Shown in pieces: positions 48,831-64,000 of a DNA stretch of 64,000 nt. This stretch comes from Tubulanus polymorphus. Lineage: Eukaryota; Animalia; Nemertea. The stretch lies in contig NC_134035.1 in the NCBI RefSeq assembly GCF_964204645.1, positions 8,712,451 through 8,776,450 of the forward strand, read 5' to 3'. How positions within the stretch are numbered: the stretch's first letter is position 1; each line of letters begins with the position of its first letter. A model generated the notes under the pieces. The model searched no databases. It had not been told where the DNA came from and was given only the letters and a program-made list of their open reading frames with translations. A program made the translations under genes and the position numbers.

Positions 48831-50808
48831 ATGCGTATGTTATTTTTTTCAGAATATTCCACGTTGTTATATCTGCTTTCGACGTGTCGCGTTTATTGGA
48901 ACAAGAAACTACCTCGGGATATCAGAATATCCAAATACTCAGCAGGTATATTATACTTACACTTTACACGCTACTAAATAGTGTTTATGAAATACCCAGT
49001 TATTTATGAGACGTCTTTATCAACTCTTTTACCTAAGAAATGGAAAAAGTCACACTGTTGAGTCGAACTCCGAGTCGCTACGTGGCATACAGACAAGGCG
49101 ATAGTCAACTCATATTGACGTAAATATCATTAGATTTGAGATGGATTCTAAAGGTTACCGGACCCCTTTGATCTTTTTTCATGTTATCGACTTAGTACTA
49201 TATTGTACTTCGGGGGCTGCGGTGACGTAGACCAGTTTTTCATAAAGCCAGACCTAAAAGTTCTGCGCTGTTTGTATATCTATAGATGAAACTAAATATT
49301 TTCCCATATATGTAGTTTCTGTACTTTTGTTTTGAGTCCAAGGGAGTTTTATACCCGTTATTCAAAGTGCATCCTACACTGCAACTATTTCAGAGCTCCT
49401 CACGGAGGTTATAATAGGGCTGATGATATCCGACGACGTGTAAGGAAGGGCTGCCGTAATGGAAGTTTTTGTTACAACGATAAGGCTGTACGTGACGTAT
49501 TCCAAAGGAATTATAGTTTGGGTATTCGTAATTTCAACTGGTGCAACTGGTCTTTGGAGAAGAGCCCGATTGTTATATTTTCAGGATTCGTGCACTATTG
49601 AAATGACTCTCGCAATTGCTCATTATCTGAAGGTCGATCATGATATTCGAGCGACTGTTGTTTTAATGCTGTTACATCGCAGTCGACTGGATGCGAATCG
49701 TTACGAGGACCAGGATCGTTACGAGGACGAACAGAAAGCCGCTGAAACGGTTTTTGACGAATACACTGACATCATAAAATCGGTGAGACGGGAGCACATC
49801 AGCTCCATACAATTTGTATTTAACCGAAATTAATAGCTTTAGTATGACAGAAATTGTCTTCATAGAATAGCTTCATAGAATAGGTACGCACTGCGAAATG
49901 CACTGTTCAAACGACCACCATATTAAATCAGTCAGTGAACTTATTGAATTTGTATTGGAATTGAATACGCAGGATCTGATGACGTCGCCATTTTATGTAT
50001 ATATTGCGTTTAAGAAAATATTTTGACGCCGGTCATATCCTTACTTATAAATGACTTATCTATTGGAATTGCATATCCTGAATGTTAACGTTACATGCAT
50101 ATAATGTTATATGCATGCACGCTATCATAGTTATTGCTCCTGGTTGTGGGGTTTTCCACTTACTTTCGTTTTAGGCCATAAGCAGAACTAGCGGCAAAAA
50201 CGGTCTCATATTGGATATACACGGTCATTTACGGAACAACTGGGTCCAGATGGGATATGCTGTTCCGTCGCGATTACTGAATCGTGGAAAAATCGACTCG
50301 AACCATACGTCGATAAGAAACCTATACAGAACGTATCGTAGAAAAACCGGCCGTGGTTTTAAGAGTTTGTTGAGCGGGGATAAGAGTTTGGGGTAAGAAA
50401 TCGTGAAATAAGACATTCATTTTCTCATTTAGATCGTTGTGCTTTTTACATTTAACAAACAGTCTAGTATTCCGCAAATATTATTCGACTAGGTTTTGAT
50501 CAACGATAATCATCATTACAATGTTTTCTAGTCACTATCTACAACAAGAGAACACGCGCGTTGATTTAATACCGTCACCTAAATATCCAACGCAGGAAAG
50601 CGACGACAATAACCCGAAACGAACGTACACACTAACCGGCGGTTACACCAGTAAGGTGTATGGACGCGATCATCCGACTTTTAACGCTATCCAGCTCGAA
50701 TTCCCGAAATCAGTCCGGGATCAGCCGAACGGGTGCCAAGATGTGAATGACTATCGCAGGAAGGTCGCGGCCGCGATTTCCGCATTTTATCGCTATCATT
50801 TTGAATAG
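48831..50808 (+). CDS. N-formylglutamate-amidohydrolase-like protein, copy C (no sushi domains); exons 48831-48945 (tentative), 49038-49119, 49394-49487, 49585-49782, 50175-50392, 50532-50808; ~327 aa
   Basis: Motifs RYVAYRQGDSQLILT|APHGG, DSCT, LHRSRLDANR, ILDIHGH, QMGY, GGYTSKVYG, AIQLEFP, with the same intron positions as copies A and B. The first exon MRMLFFSEYSTLLYLLSTC is in phase but less certain; Met 49040 is an alternative start. Confidence 0.8.
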
Positions 50809-50879
50809 AGAACTCAACCAGTGATGAATTTCCAGCGATTTAACTTTACCGCGCGTTGTTCCTGAGTGATTTCTGGTAA

Positions 50880-53800
50880 TTAGTCAGAACACATTTTCAT
50901 AAACCGATCCAATAAAACAACGATAAAACAATGGATGAAAATGATCCAATTACGTTTCGTGGAGCTGTTGCTGTTGATGACGGATGAATTGCACAAATTG
51001 TGGCTACAGAAACAATAAACAGCTGTGTAATGACCATGTGTGAACTTACGACAACCATCTGTGAAATTGAGCCCAAAGATTTGGTTGTCCAGATAGCATC
51101 CACGCACGGCAGCTATAATGTATACTGAAAAAACATTAAAACAAGTATAAGTGCAATGAAGGTGAAAAAAAGATCTTTACCGATAAACTGGAAGTTTCTT
51201 TTTTACTAGAGAATTAGTGTTGAATCCGGAGATGTTGTTAATGGTCTTACGCGCGACAAATGAATTATTGTCATTATTGTCATACGTCTAATACTTTATA
51301 CAGTTTATATATATAGATATGAGAATCCCACAATAATATCGAAAAATTTTCATTGAGCTAGAAGTTGATTGAACGTTTCGATTATATTCCGGTAGTCATC
51401 TTCCTCCTGAAGATCTGAAGATGACTAATAAAATTTAGTCGATACGTTGAATAAACTAGGCCTACTAGCTCAAGGAAACAATTTCGGACTTTTTTATTGT
51501 GGTATTTTCTATGGATGATCTTTATGGTAGTGTTTTATCAACGGTGATATTATGAGATATATTGAGAACACCTTCAAAGATAAATGAAATAATTTGTATT
51601 TCAACCCGACGAGCTCAATGAATGGTGTGAGCCTACACTTACAATTTTCTCGATTCGGATATTGCACTTGTACGGCGCATGTTTTGACGTGACGCCCGCA
51701 TCGAGTGGGCACTATTTTCCACGGATTAAAAGGGTAACCGCAGCCTGGATTGACCGTGCTAACACACCGATAACACATGATACACGCTACACCTGTGAAC
51801 AGAACAAGCGAAATCAACTTTATTAAAAATGGGACAAGAGATGTCTAAGAATTATCCAGTGCATTTTCATACAACTTCTGGGCACTTGAGGGACATTGAA
51901 GAAAATATAAACTAAATCTCGTGCTGCGGACCGCTGTCTTATAAGTTTCGAAAAAGTGCCCTGAAAAATATTACCATTGAATTTTTAAAGGGGCACTGGA
52001 AAATTGTGACAGCTCCCGTCTCGATCCACCCCTGACTGACAACCTGAGATGACCGATCTTGTTTTAAAATCTTTGAATGAATGTATGAAGTAAAATGAGG
52101 TAGACTTTCTCGTTTTAGCCTATACTATAGCTTTTTCAGTCAAAAAGCCAAAAATGTATCATACCTCAGGAACAAAAGGGTATTTTCAATATTAATATTA
52201 CCAGCAAATGATTTTGTTTTTCGAGAACAACATTTTTACATTACGGCATATGAATCGCAGACGGTAGATATTGACAATTTGAGATTTGCAATGTCACTCC
52301 CATTCTCTCTACGGGGTTCACCATTTTCTCATCCACCCGCCGGCAATGCGCTTCTACCAACACCAGAGAGTCGCTTTGATGCTTCGAAGCGCTCTCTCAA
52401 ATTCAAAGCTACCAAAAACGTTACTAGGTTATTAGATTATAGGGAACATAAGCCGACGTGGACACGAGGCATTCCACTGAGAAAATCAGCGCGTGAATTT
52501 CTCAGTGATTAGCATTCTCCGGTAAAGCGTCACCGAAACCTCTTTAACATTCGCTAATTGTGTGTATGTTGTGCTAGAATTCAGTAATAAAGCTTATTTC
52601 CCTCGTCTTGTTTAGCGATTTATAATTCGTCGTGTATTTTGGCGTTAATTGTCACGTTCTTCGCAATCAGTGAGGTGCGTCTTCCCCCTTGTCGGGTAAT
52701 TTTACCATCTTTCACAGATTACTCCAAGGTCAGACGAAAGATACCTTCTCAATTTATGAACCAACAAGTTCTCGTCTTTTTTACGAAGAAAAACTAATAG
52801 TTGCGACTAATGAGCCATTTTCATATCTAAGAGAGTCGTGACATTTCGACTCAATTCTATACGTGAGCCATTTTCAAAACCTTTGTAAAAGACTAAAAAC
52901 AGTTTGTAACTGTGGTTGCTTGGATGGAAATGTCGATGCTCCCTTAGTTTTTCTTCATAATTTGTGGCTTTTTCTCAAACTGAATTATTGAGAGTCACTC
53001 GTCTACAGGGCAGATCCTAGGGGAGGGTGCAGGGGTGCGACCCCCCCCCCCCGCCTAAAAATGTCAATTTACCCTGATATTTCACGGGAAAATGAAAAAC
53101 ATCGAACTTTTACCTGAAAAAGTTAAAATCCATAAGCTTGTCATCTGTATTTCCAACGATGAGTTCATGATTTGCGATGAGCTTTCTTTCGGTGTGCCAA
53201 TATGATGTGCCCTATTTTGGTGATGTACCCCTCCGTGAATCAGACCCTAGATAGATCCACCCCTGGCTCTATATGGAAACAAAGTTTCTTTCCCCTATGT
53301 TGAGAGCCCCGCGTATAGATGGGACAAGTCACTGAGAGATGACAACGATTTGAATTCACCACGGACACGCGTAGACATGCTCCCTGAGGATTGATGTATT
53401 ACCTGTTGTATGAAATGGGCCCCGGCATTTTAACGCGTTGAGAGAGGCCTACATTTATTTTAGCCTTTACGTAAATGTCGCAAGAAGCTGCAGGGAACGT
53501 GTTATAAGATATTAAGATGTTTGTCCTGCGTCGCCGTCTGCGCCCGTTGTTGAGCTACTCCGGTATAGATCACTGGCTTAATCTCTTTGTCAGGCAACCG
53601 CTTCGATGAAACATAGGTGCTCAATCTTCTTTCCTTACAGTCTAAATCCCGACCAATTTTAGATCGCTTTTACTTCAGATCGATGGCTCCCGTAATTTTA
53701 TACACTATTCCAGACAGCTGCACAGTGCGGTTTTTCTTATGGAGAAATTCTACGTTTAGTTAAGGTCTCGATGGGAATTGCGTGTTCGGGGGATTAAATG

Positions 53801-53965
53801 CACAATATCCTGAAATTGCGGGATTTTTTTTCATTACTTTCCTTGCCGCCGCCGCCGAGACGAATGTCAAGCCTTACTCGGTCTTGTGTACATGGTGTAA
53901 ATAATATATAGGAACAGCACATGAAGCAAAGTGTATCCAAGAATAGAATCATACAAACAACGCAT
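50880..53965 (-). CDS. Quiver/sleepless-like Ly6/uPAR three-finger protein; exons 53965-53878, 51792-51643, 51124-50880; 160 aa
   Basis: Hydrophobic leader exon, then IMCYRCVS..NPGC...C....TC|...VRGC...GC...YCFCSHNLCN, then a hydrophobic GPI-signal-like tail. Phase-1 junctions. Confidence 0.82.
51321..51510. repeat. Palindromic element with a ctgaagatgacta...tagtcga(t)ac hammerhead-like core
   Basis: Arms gaatcccacaataa..ttgagctag / ctagctcaa..ttattgtggtatt; same family style as 17960 and 25257. Confidence 0.55.
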
Positions 53966-54266
53966 GCGAATGGAAATAGTTACGAAAACAAAACATTTTC
54001 TCGAATTTTTATCCAAACCCAATTGAGAAAATTGACTGACTAATATCCATAACGGACTATTGGCCGTGTTTGATGCGGTTTTTCTATCACTGGATGTGGT
54101 CATCAAAATTTTGATGAATCGATGCCAAACTCCGAACTATAATGAAATAGCCCTAGCGAGCAGATTGGTTCGACATCTGTATTTCATCGAAATGTTTAGA
54201 TGAAGCATTTTATATGAATATCTATAGTACGTTTTTTTTTTCAATTTAACTAAATTTTCCGCATGT

Positions 54267-54418
54267 AAAACCCCGCGGTCTAAAAGCGTTTATTGTCTGA
54301 CAGTTTGGAAGTTTATCTAAACTCCATCATCTTGAATTTTTTTTTCTCCGTTGATTGAGTTTAGATTAACTCCGAAACCGTTAGTCAATAAACGCTTTGA
54401 TATAAACTGCGGATTTTC
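54267..54418. repeat. Palindromic element
   Basis: aaaaccccgcgg..aaagcgtttattg.ct.ac.gttt.g.agtt.atctaaactc and its reverse complement. Confidence 0.6.
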
Positions 54419-55331
54419 ACTATAAAGTTAACTCTAAATACTGAGATTAATATCAGTCGAAGTTCTGAATCACCGTTTGAATCGTTGAAACGATCCGATT
54501 TTAGCCAAAATCTTTACGTACCTTTCACGCAGCTTTTCACTGTCAGTAAACCAACGAAAATGATGCAAAGTTTAATGAACCGTATTCCCATGACGGCTTT
54601 ACCGTCACTCTAATCATTACCACACGAAGCCGGTAAGATGCGCGCGCGATCAACTGAAAGCTTGTCTAAGAAACGGCCGTAATCCGTGACAAAACGAACG
54701 AGCTATTCAGTCAAAAAGAGAGCTATATACATCTATTTTTACCAAAAACACTCTGTTCATTGACGTGATATTCCAAAAATGAATCGGGCATTCGAAGTTT
54801 TCCGGAAAACACATATTTTAATCTACACTGAATTTTCTGGCCCAACACACAGGATTGTTATCACAATACGTTAGAAGGAGTTAAGCATACGGATGTAGTT
54901 AAAGTAAGTAAAATTTACTTAAGAGAGGTATTTTGAATTCAAGAGAGGTACCTACATCACAAAGGACACTAAAAATTTGAACTAAGAGGCTGTCTCTACA
55001 TAGACCTATTGCCTTCTATCTCTGATGATAAATGATGATATGATGATATGACAAAGGCCAACATCGGTGAAGTCTCAGAGAATAAGTTCGTTCAGTTTGT
55101 ATTCGAGACCACGCCGTTTCGGATGCAAGCTATATAGTAAACATCCATCACGGCGGTAATAGCAGATTTGATGACGGTGTTTTAGTAAAACAAACAGTTA
55201 CAGTCTAACCATCTTCCGTCATTGTTTCAAATCACTGTTATTTCGATTATTGATGGGCCTTACAAATAGTTGTTTTGTTTCTTTCGTCACGATCGTCACG
55301 CGACCCGATCGCGTTTCTCGAGCAGATGCTG

Positions 55332-57116
55332 CTAGGACCACGCTGTACCGTAAGTAGGAGGCGTCCATCTTTGATATCCGCTATTCAGTTTGCATATGCC
55401 CTCGGGTCTCCACCAACGATCGTAATTCGACACGTAGCGCGTTTTAAGCGCGTCGTCGGCGTGGGCCAGCATACACAGACGACACCAGAAGAAACGTTTA
55501 GTGACGACTCGACCGGTTCCTTTCCATCGAAAATACGAATTATATAAATCGTCATTTCGGTCCAATATGTGCAGATATTCGGCTAGTTGTTTCGGAGACT
55601 CGAAATCGTCGACGTGTATGAACGAATGCGGTGGAGAAACGCGTTCGTAGTCATCTTTATGAGCGCCGTAGACTATAGGTAGAACATCTCGACTGAAAGA
55701 GAAATATTCAATCCTAGAATTTATCTTAAATCTGAAGAAGAAAAAAACAACAAAAAAGGACGGAAAGTGACAGTGAACCATCACCACTTCGATACTGGGT
55801 CTCATGCATGAAGCGAGCGTGCTAACCACTATCATGGACTATATTCGTTTTATAGTCCATGCAGCCAAGTCGAACTAATCCTCTTGACCAGCGGTTACAA
55901 GACTTGTCAAGTATACAAAACGAGAGGGGGTTGCAACCCCCCCCCCCCCTCCTCCCCGAAGATTTGATAGAAACAATGCCATTTGTGAAATGATTTACTT
56001 AGCGAAAGAGGGGAAAGATGCAGCTGCTCTAAGTTTTGATATATCTTACGATAAACCGTTTAGGAAGAATTTCTCCGTGATGTACTCTCTGCAGTTGGAA
56101 TTCTCGAAAGCCAGATAGAATTTGTAGCTCGTGTTCAACAAATCTAAACATTCATTTTCCCTGTCTCTGGTACAGTTCAGCGCACCGCAATCGCCGTAGA
56201 CATCCACGTCGATATACTTGGACAATTCTTTCGCCAAATTTTGTCGGTCGTTTTTCTCGTAACAATTCGAAACGAACCAGGCGACTTTTTTCCTTTTACC
56301 CCTGGCGTAATTTTTTTTGGGAGAATCGAATCGAACCGATTCGTCGAATGGAACGAACACTCCGTACGGAACGGGAATCGTCGAGTCGCGTCGATACGTA
56401 GCCGTCCAGTTTAAACCGGATTGATAACCGGTTCCGTTGTGTAGGGGAGTATGCAGCGGCGATTCTACTGCAAACATCACTCGTATTTGATGAGCTGGTC
56501 TTGGACCTTTCGGTTCGGGGGTTTCAGTCCCGATTACGTGACGTTCGATCAAAATGACGTCAGCCGTGCTAGATTCAAAACGGTTTTCAATGATTTTACA
56601 CGTATTCACCGGGCAGTTTTGAAACACTTGTTCACCTAGTTCATAAATGAAAGAATTATTGATTCCTCCCCACGATAAAATTGTTTTCGGCTTTCGTAGT
56701 TTTGATCGTTCGGCCGCCTGTCTGGGGATGTGTAGTAATTGAGCTGTTAGTCTTCGACCGCTATCCATCTCGGGCCATATAGCGGAAGAGTCTGATAGCG
56801 TTAAGAGTCGTTCCGCTTTAACAAATTCTAAAGCGCGTCTGTGAAGGCTGTTCGTTGTTCCTATATCGTATTTGACGGACGACATTGATCCGCTTTCCTC
56901 CCGATGCACACCACCGCCCGATCCATCGCGGGAGGTATCACTAACAATATCTGAACGCCTTCCTCCGTTATTGATACGTGACATTGCGGCATTTTCGGGA
57001 CGAATCAATTTGCTTTGAAGTAGACCATCGTTGAACGCGCAGATGATGAAAACAACTCCGAGTAAAACAATTCCGATGAAGTAAACCTGATATCGTTTCG
57101 ACATATATGAATCCAT
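55332..57116 (-). CDS. FucTA: Alpha-1,3-fucosyltransferase (GT10), FucTA-like; exons 57116-56050, 55692-55332; 475 aa
   Basis: Type II TM anchor; motifs ESP, NWTATYRRDS, VAWFVSNC, YKFYLAFENSNCREYITEKF, PPHSFIHVDDF, YFRWK, FWCRLC, WRPEGIC. Orthology to FucTA specifically is not proven. Confidence 0.9.
55833..55861. mobile_element. Micro-hairpin of the CATGGAC family (TSD not evident), inside a tRNA/SINE-like fragment
   Basis: catggactatattcgttttatagtccatg. The minus-strand flanks rejoin to tggctg..agtggttagcacgctcgc, which is A-box-like. Confidence 0.5.
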
Positions 57117-57719
57117 ATCCGAAAAGTGTCCAAATCCGTTTCCCCTTCTCTAAATGATGTACAGATACATTACTTCCCGAATCTCTGTATTATGGCTCAC
57201 TTGCTCTAGTCAGAAATCCATGGAAATGATGACGATTTCGTCATTACATCTGCCCAAATGCCGTCAACATGTGTCATAATGTTTAGTCAAGGACTGCTGA
57301 TTACGCGCTCGTAAACCATTATCAAAGACTAATTCGCATCAGCTGATACTTTATTTGATCATGAAGATCAAAAGCAGACAAATACAAAGCCTTTTCCAGG
57401 CGCCATGAACCGGTTCCGAGTTAGAGTTAACTCTGAGTTAAAGTTAGTTCATTTTCAATGTTTTAACCCAGGGTCATATCTTAACTCAGAACTGTGGAAC
57501 TGGACCAGTTTTTGGGTACTCGCTAGGTTGACATTGTTGAATTTTTGATTTTTTTATTTCGTTCATAGCTCTGGATTGAATGGAGATAGAGACAAAGTGC
57601 AAATGTCGATCAAACCGGCTGATAATTATCTTTTTATAATGTCATTCATTTGGATACTTACCGCAACAATGCGCGCTGACGAGGATACAAACATCGATAC
57701 TGTATCTCGATAATTCAAC

Positions 57720-57745
57720 CATGGACTCTAAAACGAAGAGTCATG
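57720..57745. mobile_element. Micro-hairpin insertion/footprint with 7-bp TSD
   Basis: attcaac [catggactctaaaacgaagagtcatg] attcaac. Confidence 0.72.
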
Positions 57746-57817
57746 ATTCAACTGAAATCTTTATTCATCTTAATCAATAGCTCATAAGGATCGTTCATCA
57801 TCTGAGAAGAATACAGC

Positions 57818-57956
57818 AGGGGCCAGTTGGTTGATAAGCTGACCATAGTGGATAGTGGATAGTTGACATAATTACAATCAAAAGTCCATGATTGTTACTA
57901 AAAATAAGGGTCTACCCACCGGTTATCTTTAACCACCCTATGAGCAACTGGCCCCT
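57818..57956. mobile_element. Short MITE with AGGGGCCAGTTG termini
   Basis: aggggccagttg ... caactggcccct. Confidence 0.55.
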
Positions 57957-59579
57957 AGGTCCGGTTTCACAACAAAAAAGATTAAATGTTTGAGTTAAAT
58001 TTCAACACAGTTACACAAATAATATTAACTCTTAAATCGATTCGAAAATGAGTTCAATTTCACCCATCGCAGGAGGAGGATTAAATATCCTTATATCGAT
58101 TTCAAAAAGAAGATGGCATTTTTTGATCACACGAATTTTCGATTACAAAGAGCCCCGAGACAATTTCACAGGCTACCGAACGATCTCGACTTATTCAATA
58201 ACGATGAACTAATTCCATAACCGTCCACTCAATAACCGTACAACCAAAACGAGAACTGAATTTAGTAGTGATAATGTACATCATTTATTTATCTATACAC
58301 ACGAATCAAATACAGCGAATTTAATATAGTCAATAAAATAAAATGGCAAAACAGCGATGAAACTATTCCGGGTTGACTGAAATAGTAACTATTTTCCATG
58401 ATTAATTAAAATACATTTTTTCCTAATTTATATATATATATATATACACCTATTAGCACCCGATATTTCCCTTATAATCAAATAGAGTCATCTTCGGATT
58501 AACTATAGGCGATTTTTTAACATGCATCAACCTCTCATTCAATAAATACCTAAAATCATCTCAAATGATCGTAATTACAGAACAATATTTCTACAATCGA
58601 TAACCATACAAAACTCATACATACATGTATCAATATATATTTACTATAACACTGGCAGTGATAGTTTAACTGGTTATATTGAAAATATACATATCTATAC
58701 ATATATAGTCAAATTATAAATATCTTAACAAATAGATACAGACAGACATAACATATCAATGTCGACGGCCTGCGATATATAAGATTACGCTAACAAATAT
58801 GTGTTAAAATGAAAGTTTCGGTCCCCCCAATTTGTAGGTTTTGTGGCGACAAGTCGCACCAAAATGTTACCACAAAACCCGCGTGCTACAACATACGAAT
58901 TGACTGAAGAGATCGATTTGTTATAAATGTGTAGAAAAAGGAACAAATGATCAAACCACCCCCCCCCCCCCCCCCCCATCGCCTTACGAAAGACTCTTCT
59001 CAGTAACCAATCGGTATTTTGTAAATGGGGTACCGGGGTCGAGTCAACTTTTCTCATCGGCAAATCTTTTTTAGTAAAACTATTCCATACACTCATCGGG
59101 GACGCTAATCTTATATTTGATGACTTGTTTGACAAAATTCTCTAAGTTCCAGTCCAAAGCTGATTGAAAATGAAATAATTTTCACCATCTATAATTGAGT
59201 GCATTGTTGCGCCATCTGGTGGTGTGCCGGTACCCCATTTCACCAGTCGTTACTTTTCATCATAAGTCGTGTGCTCGTCTTCTGCAACTCAACGACCGAA
59301 GCATGTAGAAAATACGCGAAATTAATTAAATGCTACCTCAGCGTAAAAGAATACAAAAATATAAATTGTTCCTATATAGCTGATTAGAAAAGAGTAAATT
59401 GCTGCCATCATCGTCAAAATCATTCAAAACATAGATGAGGTAAAACCACGAATTTACAACGGTAATATACAAAATATATAAAAACAATGAAGAACGCTCG
59501 GATACAGTGACGTCAGAACACTGGAACGTGGCAGGATTCAAACGGGAGTTTATTTTTCTCCCAGAAAGTCTCTTTACGG

Positions 59580-63832
<4,253 letters not shown>

Positions 63833-64000
63833 CTTTCGTGCGCGCAATCTCTATTGTGGAAATTTGTTACTCCAAATAAATATTCTCTGTGTCAAGTAGG
63901 CCGTAGAAAGCGCGAAATATTCACCAATTAGTTCCTTTTTTGTATCATCCTCTGGAGACAGTGTTACCGGATCTCGAACAGCGAACTCGATGGTTTTGAT

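Noticed and set aside
37090-50808. Bacterial contamination or a recent HGT insert explaining the FGase-like genes
   Set aside because: The genes have 5-7 spliceosomal introns in the CDS, animal sushi exons and host-like composition; any transfer would have to be ancient
55770-55875. tRNA gene
   Set aside because: Only an A-box-like fragment, interrupted by an insertion; no full cloverleaf

Overview
Intron-rich, AT-rich animal genomic DNA. It is probably from a marine invertebrate with lophotrochozoan-like gene content, but the species cannot be determined from the sequence alone. All gene models below were built by hand from GT-AG junctions and checked for phase. In order: the 3' three exons of a Dbx homeobox gene; a ~15-kb gene-poor stretch with MITEs and a Harbinger derivative; a head-to-head pair of ciliary/sperm-type genes (TEX52 and a CCDC181/CCDC34-like coiled-coil gene) with an X-box-like motif between them; two divergent class A GPCRs with intronless CDSs; a ~15-kb cluster of three tandem N-formylglutamate-amidohydrolase-like (FGase/HutG-type, Zn-exopeptidase fold) genes with a PAN-EGF-fibrinogen-domain gene nested between copies A and B; a quiver/sleepless-like three-finger protein; a GT10 alpha-1,3-fucosyltransferase; and FoxN1/4. 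Two of the three FGase-like copies carry a signal peptide and two sushi/CCP domains. The best candidate for an undescribed system is this secreted sushi-sushi-amidohydrolase family with its FReD neighbour. Secondary findings are recurrent 18-31 bp CATGGAC...GTCCATG hairpins with 7-bp target duplications, an IS3EU-like foldback MITE, and palindromic Penelope-like relics with hammerhead-like cores.
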